Assembly (NCBI RefSeq): GCF_001194135.2 | Contig: NC_069004.1 | Location: forward strand, 25,999,125-26,063,124 | Direction: 5' to 3' | DNA: 64,000 nucleotides | Source of the DNA: Octopus bimaculoides | Taxonomy: Eukaryota | In this document: piece by piece, positions 12,783-24,663 of the stretch | Layout: every line of letters begins with the position of its first letter | How positions within the stretch are numbered: position 1 is the stretch's first letter | Made by a program: the position numbers and the translations under genes | Notes under the pieces: generated by a model | The model's database searches: none | Seen by the model: the letters and a program-made list of their open reading frames with translations, nothing else | Told to the model about the DNA's origin: nothing

Positions 12783-13430
12783 GTTTCAAATTTTGCCACA
12801 AGGGCAACAATTTTGGGAGAGGAAATGAGTCTATCACATTGACCCTAGTGCTTAACTGGTACTTATTTCATCGACCCCAAAAGGATGAAAGACAAAGTGG
12901 ACCTCAGCAGGATTTGAACTCAGAACGTAAAGATGGATGAAATGCTGCTGAGCATTTTGCCTGGAGAACTAACGACTCTGCAAGCTCATTGCCTTAATAA
13001 TCCTTTCTAGTACAGGCACAAAGCTTGAAGTTTTGCAGGAGGGGACTAGTTGATTACATCGACCCCAGAATTTCACTGGTACTTAATTTATTGACTCCGA
13101 AAGGATGAAAGGCTAAATCGACTTCAGTGGAATTTGAACTCAGAACATAGCGCCAGGCAAAATACAGCTAAGCATTTCATGCAGCATGCTAACGACTCTG
13201 CCAACTCATTGCCTTCTTAATGATAATAATAATAATAATAATAATGATAATAATAATAATAATGATGATGATTTCTAATTTGGGTACAAGAATAGCAACT
13301 TTTGACCTTGTAAAAGATGAAAGGCAAAATTGGCTTTGGTGGGATTTGAACTCAGAGCAGTCAAAAACAAAACAACAAAAAGACTGCATAGCATTTTGTT
13401 CAATGTTCTAATGATTTCTGCCATCCCACC
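11345..13430 (-). mobile_element. Cluster of about 6 head-to-tail SINE family B copies in (AAT)n tracts
   Basis: Copies at about 11345-11460, 11470-11680, 11800-12010, 12780-12995, 13005-13215 and 13270-13430, all on minus, separated by (AAT)n. Confidence 0.85.
12348..12750 (+). mobile_element. Full-length SINE family A copy
   Basis: tRNA-like head (TGGCTGTGTGG A-box, GGTTCAGTCCC B-box), CORE-like ACCTTGGGTAAGTG segment, internal (TA)/(TG) microsatellite and tail GAAACAAGTAAAAGAG. Inserted in (AAT)n. Confidence 0.9.
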
Positions 13431-13708
13431 TCTGTCTCCTACTAGATGGCCACCCCATGCCATAGTGCAACAGAAAATTTTAAAAAAACCTCACCTCATC
13501 ATCTCTCCACACTGATTCCTTGCCTCTGTTGCAACATCAGCCTTCACTTCATCTCTCCAATTCTTCTACCCCACGATCCTTGTCTCTATCCATCCCTCAC
13601 AAGTCGGAGGGAAAACGCCGACACCACCACCACCACAACCACCAGTCACAAACAAAAAAAGAACCATATACTACTACTACTGCTACCACTACCACTACTA
13701 CTAATAAA

Positions 13709-13740
<32 letters not shown>

Positions 13741-14049
13741 CAGTGATGGTGGTGGTGGTGATGATTGCTTTTTTACTTGCCGCCAGGGCAGCAGATGAGG
13801 GTGGGGAACGAAACAGAGACAGACAAAGTGTGCGGGGGGTGGAGGGTCTCGAAATAATGTTAAAAAAAACTAAAAAAAAAAAAATCAGAGCAATCATTTT
13901 CAAATCCAACTACACAAAAACAAATAAAAAATAAACAACCTTACTCCTACCGCTACTACTACTACTACTACAAATAATAATAATAATAATAAAACAACAA
14001 CAATCATCATTATCAAATCCAAACAAAAAACTGCTCTGATTCCTGAGCG

Positions 14050-14209
14050 TGCCACCGCCGCTGCTGCCACCGCCGCTGCTGCCACCGCCGCTGCTGCCAC
14101 CGCCGCTGCTGCCACCGCCGCTGCTGCCACCGCCGCTGCTGCCACCGCCGCTGCTGCCACCGCCGCTGCTGCCACCGCCGCTGCTGCCACCGCCGCTGCT
14201 GCCACCGCC
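14050..14209. repeat. Perfect 15-bp GC-rich minisatellite (TGCCACCGCCGCTGC) x ~10.7
   Basis: Directly visible identical 15-mer units. Confidence 0.97.
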
Positions 14210-14462
14210 ACCATAGAGATGTGAGGCACAGCACATTGTTGAAGAGTCAATAAATCCATAGATCTATTTTGAACAACCTGTAGTTCAATAGGCACCACCA
14301 CACCTCTACCCACATCCACCTACAGCACCACCACCACCACTACCGCATACAACCACATGTATAAACTCTGACATACACACACACACACATACACTCACTC
14401 AAATACACATTTCTCAACTAATTAGTATTGCTAAATGAATGCATGCATGCACATAAACCCAC

Positions 14463-14498
<36 letters not shown>

Positions 14499-14814
14499 GC
14501 ATACACATATATACACACATGTATATATATACCTATACTCATACAAATACATGTACACACACACGTATAAATATATATATATATATATACTAACATACAT
14601 ATACTCACACACACATGTATACATATACACACATGCATATATATATATATATATATATACTCACACACATACATGTATACATATACATATACATATATAT
14701 ACATATATATACATATATACTCATACATACACACATGTATACATATAAACTCACATACATACAGACATATATACTCATACATACACATATGTATACACAT
14801 ATACTCACATACAT

Positions 14815-14855
<41 letters not shown>

Positions 14856-15073
14856 ATATATATGCTCTCTATATGGAGAGAGGAAGAGAGGAGAGAGGGG
14901 GAGGAGGAAGAAGAGGAGGGTGAGAGACTAATGAGTTAACTAGCCTTGCTCGGAAGTGTATACACATAATTGAAAGAGCTGTGCCTCTATGAATAAACAC
15001 AAGTGTTCATATTCGGATATAGTTATATACACACACACACACAGAATCAGAGAGAGACCAGCAATGGATATAC

Positions 15074-15232
15074 AGGCATGGCTGTGTGGTAAGAAGCTTG
15101 CTTCCCAACCACATGTCTCCAGGTTCGGTCCCACTGCATGGCACCGTGGGCAAGTGTCTTCTTCTATAGCCTCGGGGCCAACCAAAGCATTGTGGGTGGA
15201 TTTGGTAGATGGCAACTGAAAGAAGCCTGTCA

Positions 15233-15285
<53 letters not shown>

Positions 15286-15480
15286 TTGTCTCCCCATTCC
15301 CCCACCGTCACTTGACAACCGATGGAGTGCTTATGCTCCTGTAACTTAGAGGGTTGGCAAAAGAGACAGATAGAATTAGTACTAGGCTTACAAAGAATAA
15401 GTCCTGGGGTCAATTTGTTCGACTAAAAAGAAAACCCTTTAAGGTGATGCTCCAGCATGGTCGCAGTCAAATGACTGAAG
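15074..15480 (+). mobile_element. Full-length SINE family A copy
   Basis: Colinear with the 12348-12750 copy. Confidence 0.88.
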
Positions 15481-15821
15481 TGTCTTAGAGAAAAGAATAC
15501 ACACACATGCATACATACATGCATGTATGTGTTAGAGTTGATGGTGTGTATATATGCAGGGTAGTAACTGTAGTAGTGCCTATGTATGTAGAATTGAATG
15601 TGTGCAAATAGTTGCGTGTATAAGAAGAATAAGAGTGCAATTATGTTTGTGTGTGCATGTGTGTTTGTATCCGTATACAGTGTATGAATGCATAATAAGA
15701 TATATACACACATGTGAGATTAAGTTTAGAGGTGCATGCTTTTATATGTACACACACATTTGAACAGAAATATGAATGTATGTGTACACAGAAACACATG
15801 CATATATTCTACATACATGTA

Positions 15822-15854
<33 letters not shown>

Positions 15855-15857
<3 letters not shown>

Positions 15858-16015
15858 TACACTCTCTGAGTGGTTGGCGTTAGGAAGGGCATCCAGCTGT
15901 AGAAACTCTGCCAAATTTAGATTGGAGCCTGGTGTTGCCATCCGGTTTCACCAATCCTCAGTCAAGTCGTCCAACCCATGCTAGCATGGAAAGCGGACGT
16001 TAAACGATGATGATG
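15855..16015 (+). mobile_element. RTE 3'-tail unit (family C) ending in (GAT)n
   Basis: CACTACACTCTCTGAGTGGTTGGCGTTAGGAAGGGCATCCAGCTGTAGAAAC...CGGACGTTAAACGATGATGATG. The same module follows the RTE ORF at 20.6 kb. Other copies at about 10795-11050(-), 16490-16720(-), 31275-31437, 32005-32200, 39600-39760(-), 40795-40948, 44555-44790 and 47500-47690(-). Confidence 0.85.
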
Positions 16016-16034
16016 ATATATATACATGTATAAA

Positions 16035-16450
16035 GTACTTGTCGACTCTTTATGCAGAGTTTGACTACCTCCTGTACCTAAACCTTAGAACCATCATGGC
16101 ATCTGATATGGCTTTTTAAACCAGACAATGCTTTGAAAAGGCACCCACATAGATTGCATATCCGATTTGGACCACCAAGATCAGCAGATCAGTTCTGATC
16201 TTAAAATGTCTTTTGAGGTCTCCGTTAGATTTGCGAAATGTCTTTTGAGGTCTCCATTAGATTTGCAAACCTTCTGGCATACATTGAATTGAAAGAGCAC
16301 ACGCATATACGCAGAATAGTTGGTGGAGGTTCGTTTTTCCATGGGGCCTCAAATGAGATTTGAATCCAGCAAAAGAAAGGCATGGTCGGTCACAAACTGT
16401 GCACACAAAAGGTCATTGTGATTCATCTTCTCAATCGTAACATTCTTCCT
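16035..16450 (-). mobile_element. Degenerate LINE (probably RTE-type) 3' end encoding three C2H2 zinc fingers
   Basis: Minus-strand translation across frameshifts: FVCTVCDRPCLSFAGFKSHLRPHG (16409-16338), FQFNVCQKVCKSNGDLKRHF and RICNLCGCLFKALSGLKSHIRCHDGSKV*. There is no TGEKP linker. A 32-bp tandem duplication (16204-16235/16236-16267) disrupts finger 2. The LINE origin is an inference. Confidence 0.7.
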
Positions 16451-16489
<39 letters not shown>

Positions 16490-16756
16490 CATTATCATCC
16501 TTTAACGTCTATTTTCCATGCTGGCATGGGTTAGATGGTTTGACCAGAGCTGGCAAGCAGGAGAGCTGCACCAGGGTCCAGTTTGATTTAGCCTGGCTTC
16601 TATGGCTGGGTGCGTCTTTCTAACACCAACCCACCAACCACTTTATAGTGTGTGTTGGGTGCTCTTAACGTGCCACCAGCACGAGTGATTTTACATGACA
16701 CTGGCACGTACACATGCATTTATACATTTATACTATGTATGTATATGTACAAACAC

Positions 16757-16797
<41 letters not shown>

Positions 16798-16799
16798 TC

Positions 16800-17260
16800 C
16801 TCATCATCATCATTTAACGTCTGCTTTCTATGCTAGCATGGGTTGGATGATTTGACTGAGGACTGGCAAACCAGATGGTTGCACCAGGCTCCAATCTGAT
16901 CTGGCAGAGTTTCTACAGCTGGATGCCCTTCCTAATGCCAACCACTCCGAGAGTGTAGTGGGTGCTTTTACGTGCCACCGGCACGAGGGCCAGTCTGGTG
17001 GTACTGGCAATGGCCACACTCAAATGGCGTTTTTACGTGCCACCTGCACAGGAGTCAATCCAGCGGCACTGGCAACGACCTCGGTCAAATGTTTTGTTCA
17101 CATGCCACCAGCACAAGTGCCAGTAAGGGGACGCTGGTAATGAACATGCTCAAATGGTGCTTTTTACGTGCCACCGGCACGGAAACCAGACTGCTGCTCT
17201 GGCAGTGATCCCGCTCAGATGGTGCTGTTAGTGCTACACTGGCATGGGTGCCAGTCATCA
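16800..17260 (-). mobile_element. RTE 3' UTR with ~60-bp tandem repeat array and (GAT)n tail
   Basis: Repeated TTTTTACGTGCCACC...CTGGCAA units plus the family C tail on minus. Confidence 0.8.
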
Positions 17261-17282
17261 AATTTAACACATATATATTAAC

Positions 17283-17600
17283 CGGTACTCTGTCTGTTAT
17301 GATGACGAAGGTTCCAATTGATCTGATCAACAGAACAGCCTGCTCGTGAAATTAATGTGTAATTGGCTGAGCACTCCACAGATACACAAACCCGTAACGT
17401 AGTTCTCAGGGAGATTCAGTGTCGACACAGAATGTAACAAGACTGGCCCTTTGAAATACAGGTATTACTCATTTTCGTTAGGTGAGGGGATGAGAGCAAT
17501 GTGAAATGAAGTGTCTTGCTCAAGGATACAATGTGCTGCCAGGAATCAAACACACATCCTTTCGATCGTGAGTTGAATACCTTAACCACTGAGCCACACA
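17283..17600 (-). mobile_element. tRNA/CORE SINE (family D2) sharing its 3' module with the 655-1012 SINE
   Basis: Minus-strand head GTGTGGCTCAGTGGTTAAGG...GTTTGATTCCTGG, CORE-like TCCTTGAGCAAGACACTTCATTTC, then TACCTGTATTTCAAAGGG.... Confidence 0.8.
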
Positions 17601-17850
17601 CATTCACAATACATATATTGTGTCCTGGGAGGGTAATTGTGCCAATTATAATAAACACATGCATACCAGGTCATATATTTATTACCATTAATGATATAAT
17701 GATCCTCCCCAGACAAGATTTTTGTTTAAACACATGAATTCACATCAAAAATCTTGCAAACCAGACACAAAAACAAATTATATGTATGTAAGTTGTTTAA
17801 GAGTCCATAAGTCAGAAAAAAATGCACTTGCCATATTTTATTCCATAATG

Positions 17851-17941
17851 GTTACCTCTGATGAGCGCAGGGTTACATAATCGAATTGTTACCCAACACT
17901 CCGTTGAATTCCTAGCACGAAACCGATTGGTAAGATCGACC
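17851..17941 (+). ncRNA. Decayed type I hammerhead ribozyme-like motif (Penelope-type)
   Basis: CTGATGA at 17858-17864, stem II closed by G17865-C17918, GAAA at 17919-17922, stem III CC-GATT-GG, and triplet GTA ending 17932. Stem I (GGTTACCT/AGATCGACC) is imperfect. Confidence 0.55.
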
Positions 17942-18930
17942 ATAATGGATATATAATATTGTACACTTCAGATTATATATATATATATATATATATATAT
18001 NNNNNNNNNNNNNNNNNNNNNNNNNNNNNNNNNNNNNNNNNNNNNNNNNNNNNNNNNNNNNNNNNNNNNNNNNNNNNNNNNNNNNNNNNNNNNNNNNNNN
18101 NNNNNNNNNNNNNNNNNNNNNNNNNNNNNNNNNNNNNNNNNNNNNNNNNNNNNNNNNNNNNNNNNNNNNNNNNNNNNNNNNNNNNNNNNNNNNNNNNNNN
18201 NNNNNNNNNNNNNNNNNNNNNNNNNNNNNNNNNNNNNNNNNNNNNNNNNNNNNNNNNNNNNNNNNNNNNNNNNNNNNNNNNNNNNNNNNNNNNNNNNNNN
18301 NNNNNNNNNNNNNNNNNNNNNNNNNNNNNNNNNNNNNNNNNNNNNNNNNNNNNNNNNNNNNNNNNNNNNNNNNNNNNNNNNNNNNNNNNNNNNNNNNNNN
18401 NNNNNNNNNNNNNNNNNNNNNNNNNNNNNNNNNNNNNNNNNNNNNNNNNNNNNNNNNNNNNNNNNNNNNNNNNNNNNNNNNNNNNNNNNNNNNNNNNNNN
18501 NNNNNNNNNNNNNNNNNNNNNNNNNNNNNNNNNNNNNNNNNNNNNNNNNNNNNNNNNNNNNNNNNNNNNNNNNNNNNNNNNNNNNNNNNNNNNNNNNNNN
18601 NNNNNNNNNNNNNNNNNNNNNNNNNNNNNNNNNNNNNNNNNNNNNNNNNNNNNNNNNNNNNNNNNNNNNNNNNNNNNNNNNNNNNNNNNNNNNNNNNNNN
18701 NNNNNNNNNNNNNNNNNNNNNNNNNNNNNNNNNNNNNNNNNNNNNNNNNNNNNNNNNNNNNNNNNNNNNNNNNNNNNNNNNNNNNNNNNNNNNNNNNNNN
18801 NNNNNNNNNNNNNNNNNNNNNNNNNNNNNNNNNNNNNNNNNNNNNNNNNNNNNNNNNNNNNNNNNNNNNNNNNNNNNNNNNNNNNNNNNNNNNNNNNNNN
18901 NNNNNNNNNNNNNNNNNNNNNNNNNNNNNN

Positions 18931-19397
18931 ATCTTGGTTGAACGAAGCTGGTGGCGAAAAGGTCATTCGGTGATGGTGTTTGAAGAGGTGCGCTTTTACA
19001 GACGTCCCTCCAAAATTTTTTTTAATTTCGTGTTCCACACTCAAGGGGGAGCCATTGTAGTGACGTCATATTGGCGCCAAAAAGGCATAGTCACGATTGC
19101 TGTATCCTTATCCACGCATGCGTGGATTTCAACATCCAAGCATTCCCACTTCTATTCTGTCTCTCTTTACCACACCAGACAGTGACCAAGCAAGACGTCT
19201 AAGCAAGCTCTCTCATTTGAGTGTGGTTGAACCAAGTTGTCTCTACAACGACACCAGCTCGAGGAACCGTACATCTACATTTTAGGCTACTCAGAAACCG
19301 GACAATTGGAAGCTGTTTTATTTTCCACCATACAATAAATATTTGTTGTTGTTGATCAGTTTGGAGTTTCTGCGTTCAGTTCACTTCTAATTTAACA
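18931..19397 (+). mobile_element. Probable LTR-retrotransposon (Gypsy-like) 3' end: polypurine tract and ~342-bp 3' LTR
   Basis: Purine tract AAGGGGGAG at 19043-19051 is followed by TGTAGTGACG at 19056. AATAAA lies at about 19334 and the candidate LTR end ...TTAACA at 19397. Unique, CpG-richer sequence; the upstream part is lost in the gap. Confidence 0.55.
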
Positions 19398-20089
19398 TAG
19401 GAAAGTTAGGTGTACATCTAATGATGTATAACCCACTTTCCTAAATATGTATGTGTGTGTACATGTTTGCATGTCTGTGTTTGTCCCCCCAACATCGCTT
19501 GACAACCGATGCTGGTGTGTTTACGTCCCCGTAACTTAGCAGTTCGGCAAAAGAGACCGACAGAATAAGTACAAGGCTTATGAGTGAAACAAGTAAAAGA
19601 GTAAAAGAGACTATACATATACACAGTCAAAAGGTGAGAGCTAGAGATATATCTATATATACATGCATATACAAACATATATATACATACACACACATAC
19701 AGACATATATATATATATATACATACATATACACGTATACATATGCACACACATATATACATATATACATACACACACACATATATATACATACATAAAT
19801 ACACACATATATATATTGTTATATATATACACACACATATATATATTGTTATATTTGGGGATGGTCATATTTTTTTGGCTTATTAATCACATGCACTACA
19901 TACATTTGTTTTTCCCTTCAGTTTCGTTATTATTCTTGTTTTAGTAAGAATAGTAACAACACTGGAGTGAAGACCAAGTATATATAGCGTATGTAGTTAA
20001 TTGGCAATAATATGACCATCCCCAAATATAACAATATCTGTTTTAACATATGATTTCTCATCAGGAATCTTGCAGAACAAAAGTATCGT

Positions 20090-20760
20090 GAGAGAAAAGC
20101 TGAACATTAGAAGCATCAGTTGTGGTGTGCAAGAGAGACGATTGCGCTGGTATGGACATGTGGTGAGAATGGATGAGGATAGCTGCGTGAGAAAGTGCCA
20201 CACCCTAACAGTTGAGGGAACCCGTGGAAGAGGTAGGCCCAGGAAGACCTGGGCTGAGGTGGTGAGGCAAGACCTTCGTACATTAGGCCTCACCGAGGCG
20301 ATGACTACTGACCGAGACCTTTGGAAATGTGCTATGCGTGAGAAGATCCGGCAAGCCAAGTAAGATCGTTGCCAGTGCCCCTGGACTGGTTCTTGTGCGG
20401 GTGGCACATGAGATGCACCATTTTGAGCGTGGCNNNNNNNNNNNNNNNNNNNNNNNNNNNNNNNNNNNNNNNNNNNNNNNNNNNNNNNNNNNNNNNNNNN
20501 NNNNNNNNNNNNNNNNNNNNNNNNNNNNNNNNNNNNNNAAAAGACACCATTTCGAGAGTGGCCGTTTTCGTGCGGGTGACACGTAAAAGCACCCACTACA
20601 CTCTCTGAGTGGTTGGCGTTAGGAAGGGCATCCAGCTGTAGAAACTCTGCCAAATTAGACTGGAGCCTGGTGTTGCCATCCGGTTTCACCAGTCCTCAGT
20701 CAAATCGTCCAACCCATGCTGGCATGGAAAGCGGACGTTAAACGATGATGATGATGATGA
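20090..20760 (+). mobile_element. 5'-truncated RTE-clade LINE: ORF C-terminus, tandem-repeat 3' UTR and (GAT)n tail
   Basis: REKLNIRSISCGVQERRLRWYGHVVRMDEDSCVRKCHTLTVEGTRGRGRPRKTWAEVVRQDLRTLGLTEAMTTDRDLWK matches the RTE RLRWxGHVxRM...GxRxRGRPxKxW...DRxxW motif. The stop at 20361-20363 is followed by repeats and the family C tail. Confidence 0.92.
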
Positions 20761-20794
<34 letters not shown>

Positions 20795-21289
20795 CACTGG
20801 TGATGGTGCCATGTAAAATACACCCAGTACACTCTGTAAAGTGGTTGGCATATTAGGAAAGGCATCCGGATGTAAGGATAGCTGTGTAGGTTATATGTTC
20901 AACTTTCTAAGCATGTTGTCTTGGGGTTCAACCTTACCGCATGGTACTTTGAGCAAGTATCCCTCACTGAGGTCACGGGAAGGTCAATATTTTCTGAGTG
21001 GCATTCAATATGTGCAGACAATGCTGAGGCCTTTCGTTTATATGTATGTGTGTGTGTGAATCTGTCTGTCTGTCTGTATGCATGTGTGTAAGTACATGAA
21101 TGTGCATGCACCTGCACATGCATCTAATAATGGCGTAAATAAGTGTACTGAATTGCAGCTCTTTAAACCATTCAATAAATAAGGATCAATAAAAAAAAAA
21201 GGTACAGGGATCAATATGAGAGACTGAAACCCTTAAAGGTGTAACACAAACATGGCTGCAACTGGTAGAAATTAAGTGTGTGTGATGTT

Positions 21290-21875
21290 GGCTTGTGGTA
21301 AGAAACTTGCTTCCCAACCACATGGTTCTGGTTTCAGTCTCACCGTGTGGCACTTTAGGCAAATGTCTTCTACTATAGCCTTGGGACAACCAAAGCCTTG
21401 TGAGTGGATCTGGTAGATAGAAACTGAAGGAAGGCGGCGATGAAGGTGGTGAGCCGGCAGAAACGTTAGCATGCCGGATGAAATGCTTAGCGGTATTTCA
21501 TCTGACGCTACGCTCTGAGTTCAAATTCCGCCAAGGTCGACTTTGCCTTTCATCATTTTGGGGTCGATATAATCGACTTAATCCGTTTGTCTGTCCTTGT
21601 TTGTCCCCCCTTGTGGGCAGTAAAGAAATAAGAAACTGAAGGAAGACCATTGTATGTGTATGTGTCCACTCAACCACTTCACAACCAGTGTTGGTGTGTT
21701 TACGTCCCTGTATCTTATCGGTTCAGCAAAAGAGACCGATAGAATATGTACCAGGATTTAAAAAAAAAAGCTAAACAAAACAAAAAAAAAGTACTGGGGT
21801 TGATTCATTTGACTAAAAATTCTTCAAGGTGGTGCCCCAGCATGGTTGCTGTCTTATAACTGAAACAAGTAAAAG
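21290..21875 (+). mobile_element. SINE family A copy split by a nested SINE B insertion
   Basis: A head at 21290-21433 and A tail at 21646-21875. Confidence 0.85.
21434..21630 (+). mobile_element. SINE family B (long-tail subtype) with 15-bp target-site duplication
   Basis: AGAAACTGAAGGAAG is duplicated at 21419-21433 and 21631-21645. Confidence 0.9.
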
Positions 21876-23294
21876 ATATATATATATGTATATATATATA
21901 TGTGGTGTGTGTGTGTGTATGAATACTTCTTGTGTATCCTGTTTTTAGAATGAGTCCACAGTTTCCTCATGTGTCAGAAGAGACAGTCATCTGAAAGGGT
22001 AGGCATCAGTAATGATGCTTGGCTATAAAACATTACCTCAAAAAGTCTAGTCCAATCCATGACCGTATGCAAAACATAAACACAATGATGCACACACACC
22101 TTTTATCTCTTATTTGATTCAGTCATAGATTGCGGCCATACTGGAGCAGCATCTTGAAGAATTTTCAGTAGAGAAAATCGACTCCAGCATCTTTTTTTTT
22201 AAACCTGGTATTTACTTTATCGGTTTCTTTTGCCAAACTGCAAAGTCAGTAGGATGTAAATATACCAACAACAGTTGTGAAGTGGTGGTGGGAGATAAAA
22301 ACAGACACAAGGATACATGCACACATACACACATATATGACAAGCTTCTTTTAGTTTCCATCTACCAGGTACACTCACAAGGCTTTGGTCAGCTCAAGGA
22401 CATAGTAAGACACGTGCCCAAATTACCAAGCCTTAGACTGAACTCAGAACCATGTGGTTGGGAAACAAATGTTTTACCACACAGCCAATATATTAAACAC
22501 ACACACACACACATATATATATATACAACATTCATGTATACATATATAAACACATCACTGTGTGGAACAAGAGCAGCAATTTCTTCAACATTTTTTTTCT
22601 CCTATGCAAACCCTCCCCTTTCTTATAAGCTAAGGTAATAAACAAAAAAAACCCAAAAACACAAGTATGGCCCACGGCAGGGTACCTTAGGCAAGTGTCT
22701 TCTATAATTATGAATCAACAAAGCCCTATAAGCTAATTTAGTAGATGAACTGTGCAGAAGCCTATAAGGTGTATGTTTGGATGTGTGTGTGTGTGTGTGT
22801 GTGTACACTTGTTTCCCGCCATCTGATAACCAGCCTTGGTTTATTTATGTTCCTATAACTAAGCAGTCAGCAAAAAGACATGACAATAAGTACTGGATTT
22901 AAAAACAAAGTTGGGAGTCTATCTGATTGACTAAACTTTTCAAGGTAATCATCAGATTGGCTGCCGTCCAATGACTGAAACGAGTAAAAGAATGAAAAGA
23001 TGTCTGTATTATACCGAAGCCAATCACCGAAGTGTGCGTATATGAATGTATGTTTATGTGAGAAGACACACACACACACACACTTTACAATTTTATTTTA
23101 CTGTTTTTTTTTTTTAATTGCTCAGACCAATGAAGAAAAGCAAAACCCTTGCCCCTTTTCAGGGGTTCTGAGAATAGTGGGTGTGAAAGATAACCCCCCA
23201 GATTGAAGACATGACTTGCATGCTAGCAACATAGTCAGCTATGCTATACGCACACAACAACCAAATGTTGGTGTTAAAATTGGCGACCGATTAA

Positions 23295-23558
23295 ATTGGT
23301 GGGTCTCAACTGGGGTCCAGGTGGCCCTTTTGGGGATCCATATAAGATTTTTCTGTTAAAAAATAATGAGCAATAAACTGTTTATACTTCTATAAGACAC
23401 AAAATATTTTAACAATTTTTGAAATACAATTCCTAATAATATTTCATTATAAAAATATAATAGGATGTTTTTTAACATCAAATGGCTAGATGGGTCCATT
23501 CAAAGAAAATAGAAATCAAAAAGGGTTCCATGGGTAAAAAAGGGTTAAGAAACACTGG
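23295..23558. mobile_element. Degenerate hAT-like MITE
   Basis: Left end GGTGGGTCTCAACTGGGGTCC and right end GGTTAAGAAACACTG. Similar to 51906-52209. Confidence 0.45.
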
Positions 23559-23589
23559 ATTTAAACCTACAACATATACATATACACAC

Positions 23590-23631
<42 letters not shown>

Positions 23632-24581
23632 GCATGCATACCCACACACTACACACATAACTCTGCTAAAAGCATCCCAGGACCAGGTGTTTGTGTTAAA
23701 ATTGGCAATGGTATATATATAGATGTATATATGTCTTCGTTGAAGATTTGTCTACGGCTGAACATCCTCCATGTCACCAACTCTCACCTGTTTCCATGCA
23801 AGGTAATATTTCCTCATGGCCAGACATTGGATTTTTCCTCAGACGATCGAAAGCAAATGTCGCCTGCACAACACTGATGCTTGTTTACAACTGCCACACA
23901 TATGTGTATACACACACACACACACATATATATGTACATATGCATGCACACACACATATAAGATGCATATATAATACACAAATACATATAAGTATATATA
24001 CACACGAATGTACACATAGGTAAAGTGATTCAAAAGCCCTTTTAATATATATATATATATATATAATTCTTATTTTACATTTAGTGAGAAATTCTATTTC
24101 TATATAATTTCTAAACCATCTTTCATATTTTGTTACGAATATCTTCATAGACATATCATGGTATATTGTCCTAAAAAATGGTACAAGATATGGTCACTTG
24201 CGAATTGCATGAGCATACTTTGTTCGAGCATCCGAAGCAGTCTGGACACCAGATGGTAGACCTACTACCCAACTCCCCTGGAATCCCTGAGCCATAGCAA
24301 AGTTGAACAAGGGTCACAGGGATGTAATGACCGGAGTGGGGGAGGTAAGAGGTATAAGGACAGCATAGGATGTATATCAGACTCAACTAACCTCAGCTTT
24401 TAGCCAATTTGTATTAATGTCAGAGGGACTTTTAAATTACTTTCAGTTTGTGTGCATGTATAAATATATATATTACACATGTGCATGTATTTATATATAC
24501 ACATATATACATGTGATCTATCTATCTATATATCTATATCAATATATATATAGATAGATAGATAGATAGATATATATATAA

Positions 24582-24663
<82 letters not shown>

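Noticed and set aside
11345-13430. Repeat-spacer-like periodicity suggestive of CRISPR
   Set aside because: Units are ~200-bp SINEs with microsatellite spacers in a eukaryotic genome, and there are no cas genes.
13520-13798. His/Thr/Asp-rich ORF resembling an octopus low-complexity protein
   Set aside because: Starts at TTG, has an in-frame stop just upstream with no acceptor AG, and is mostly triplet microsatellites.
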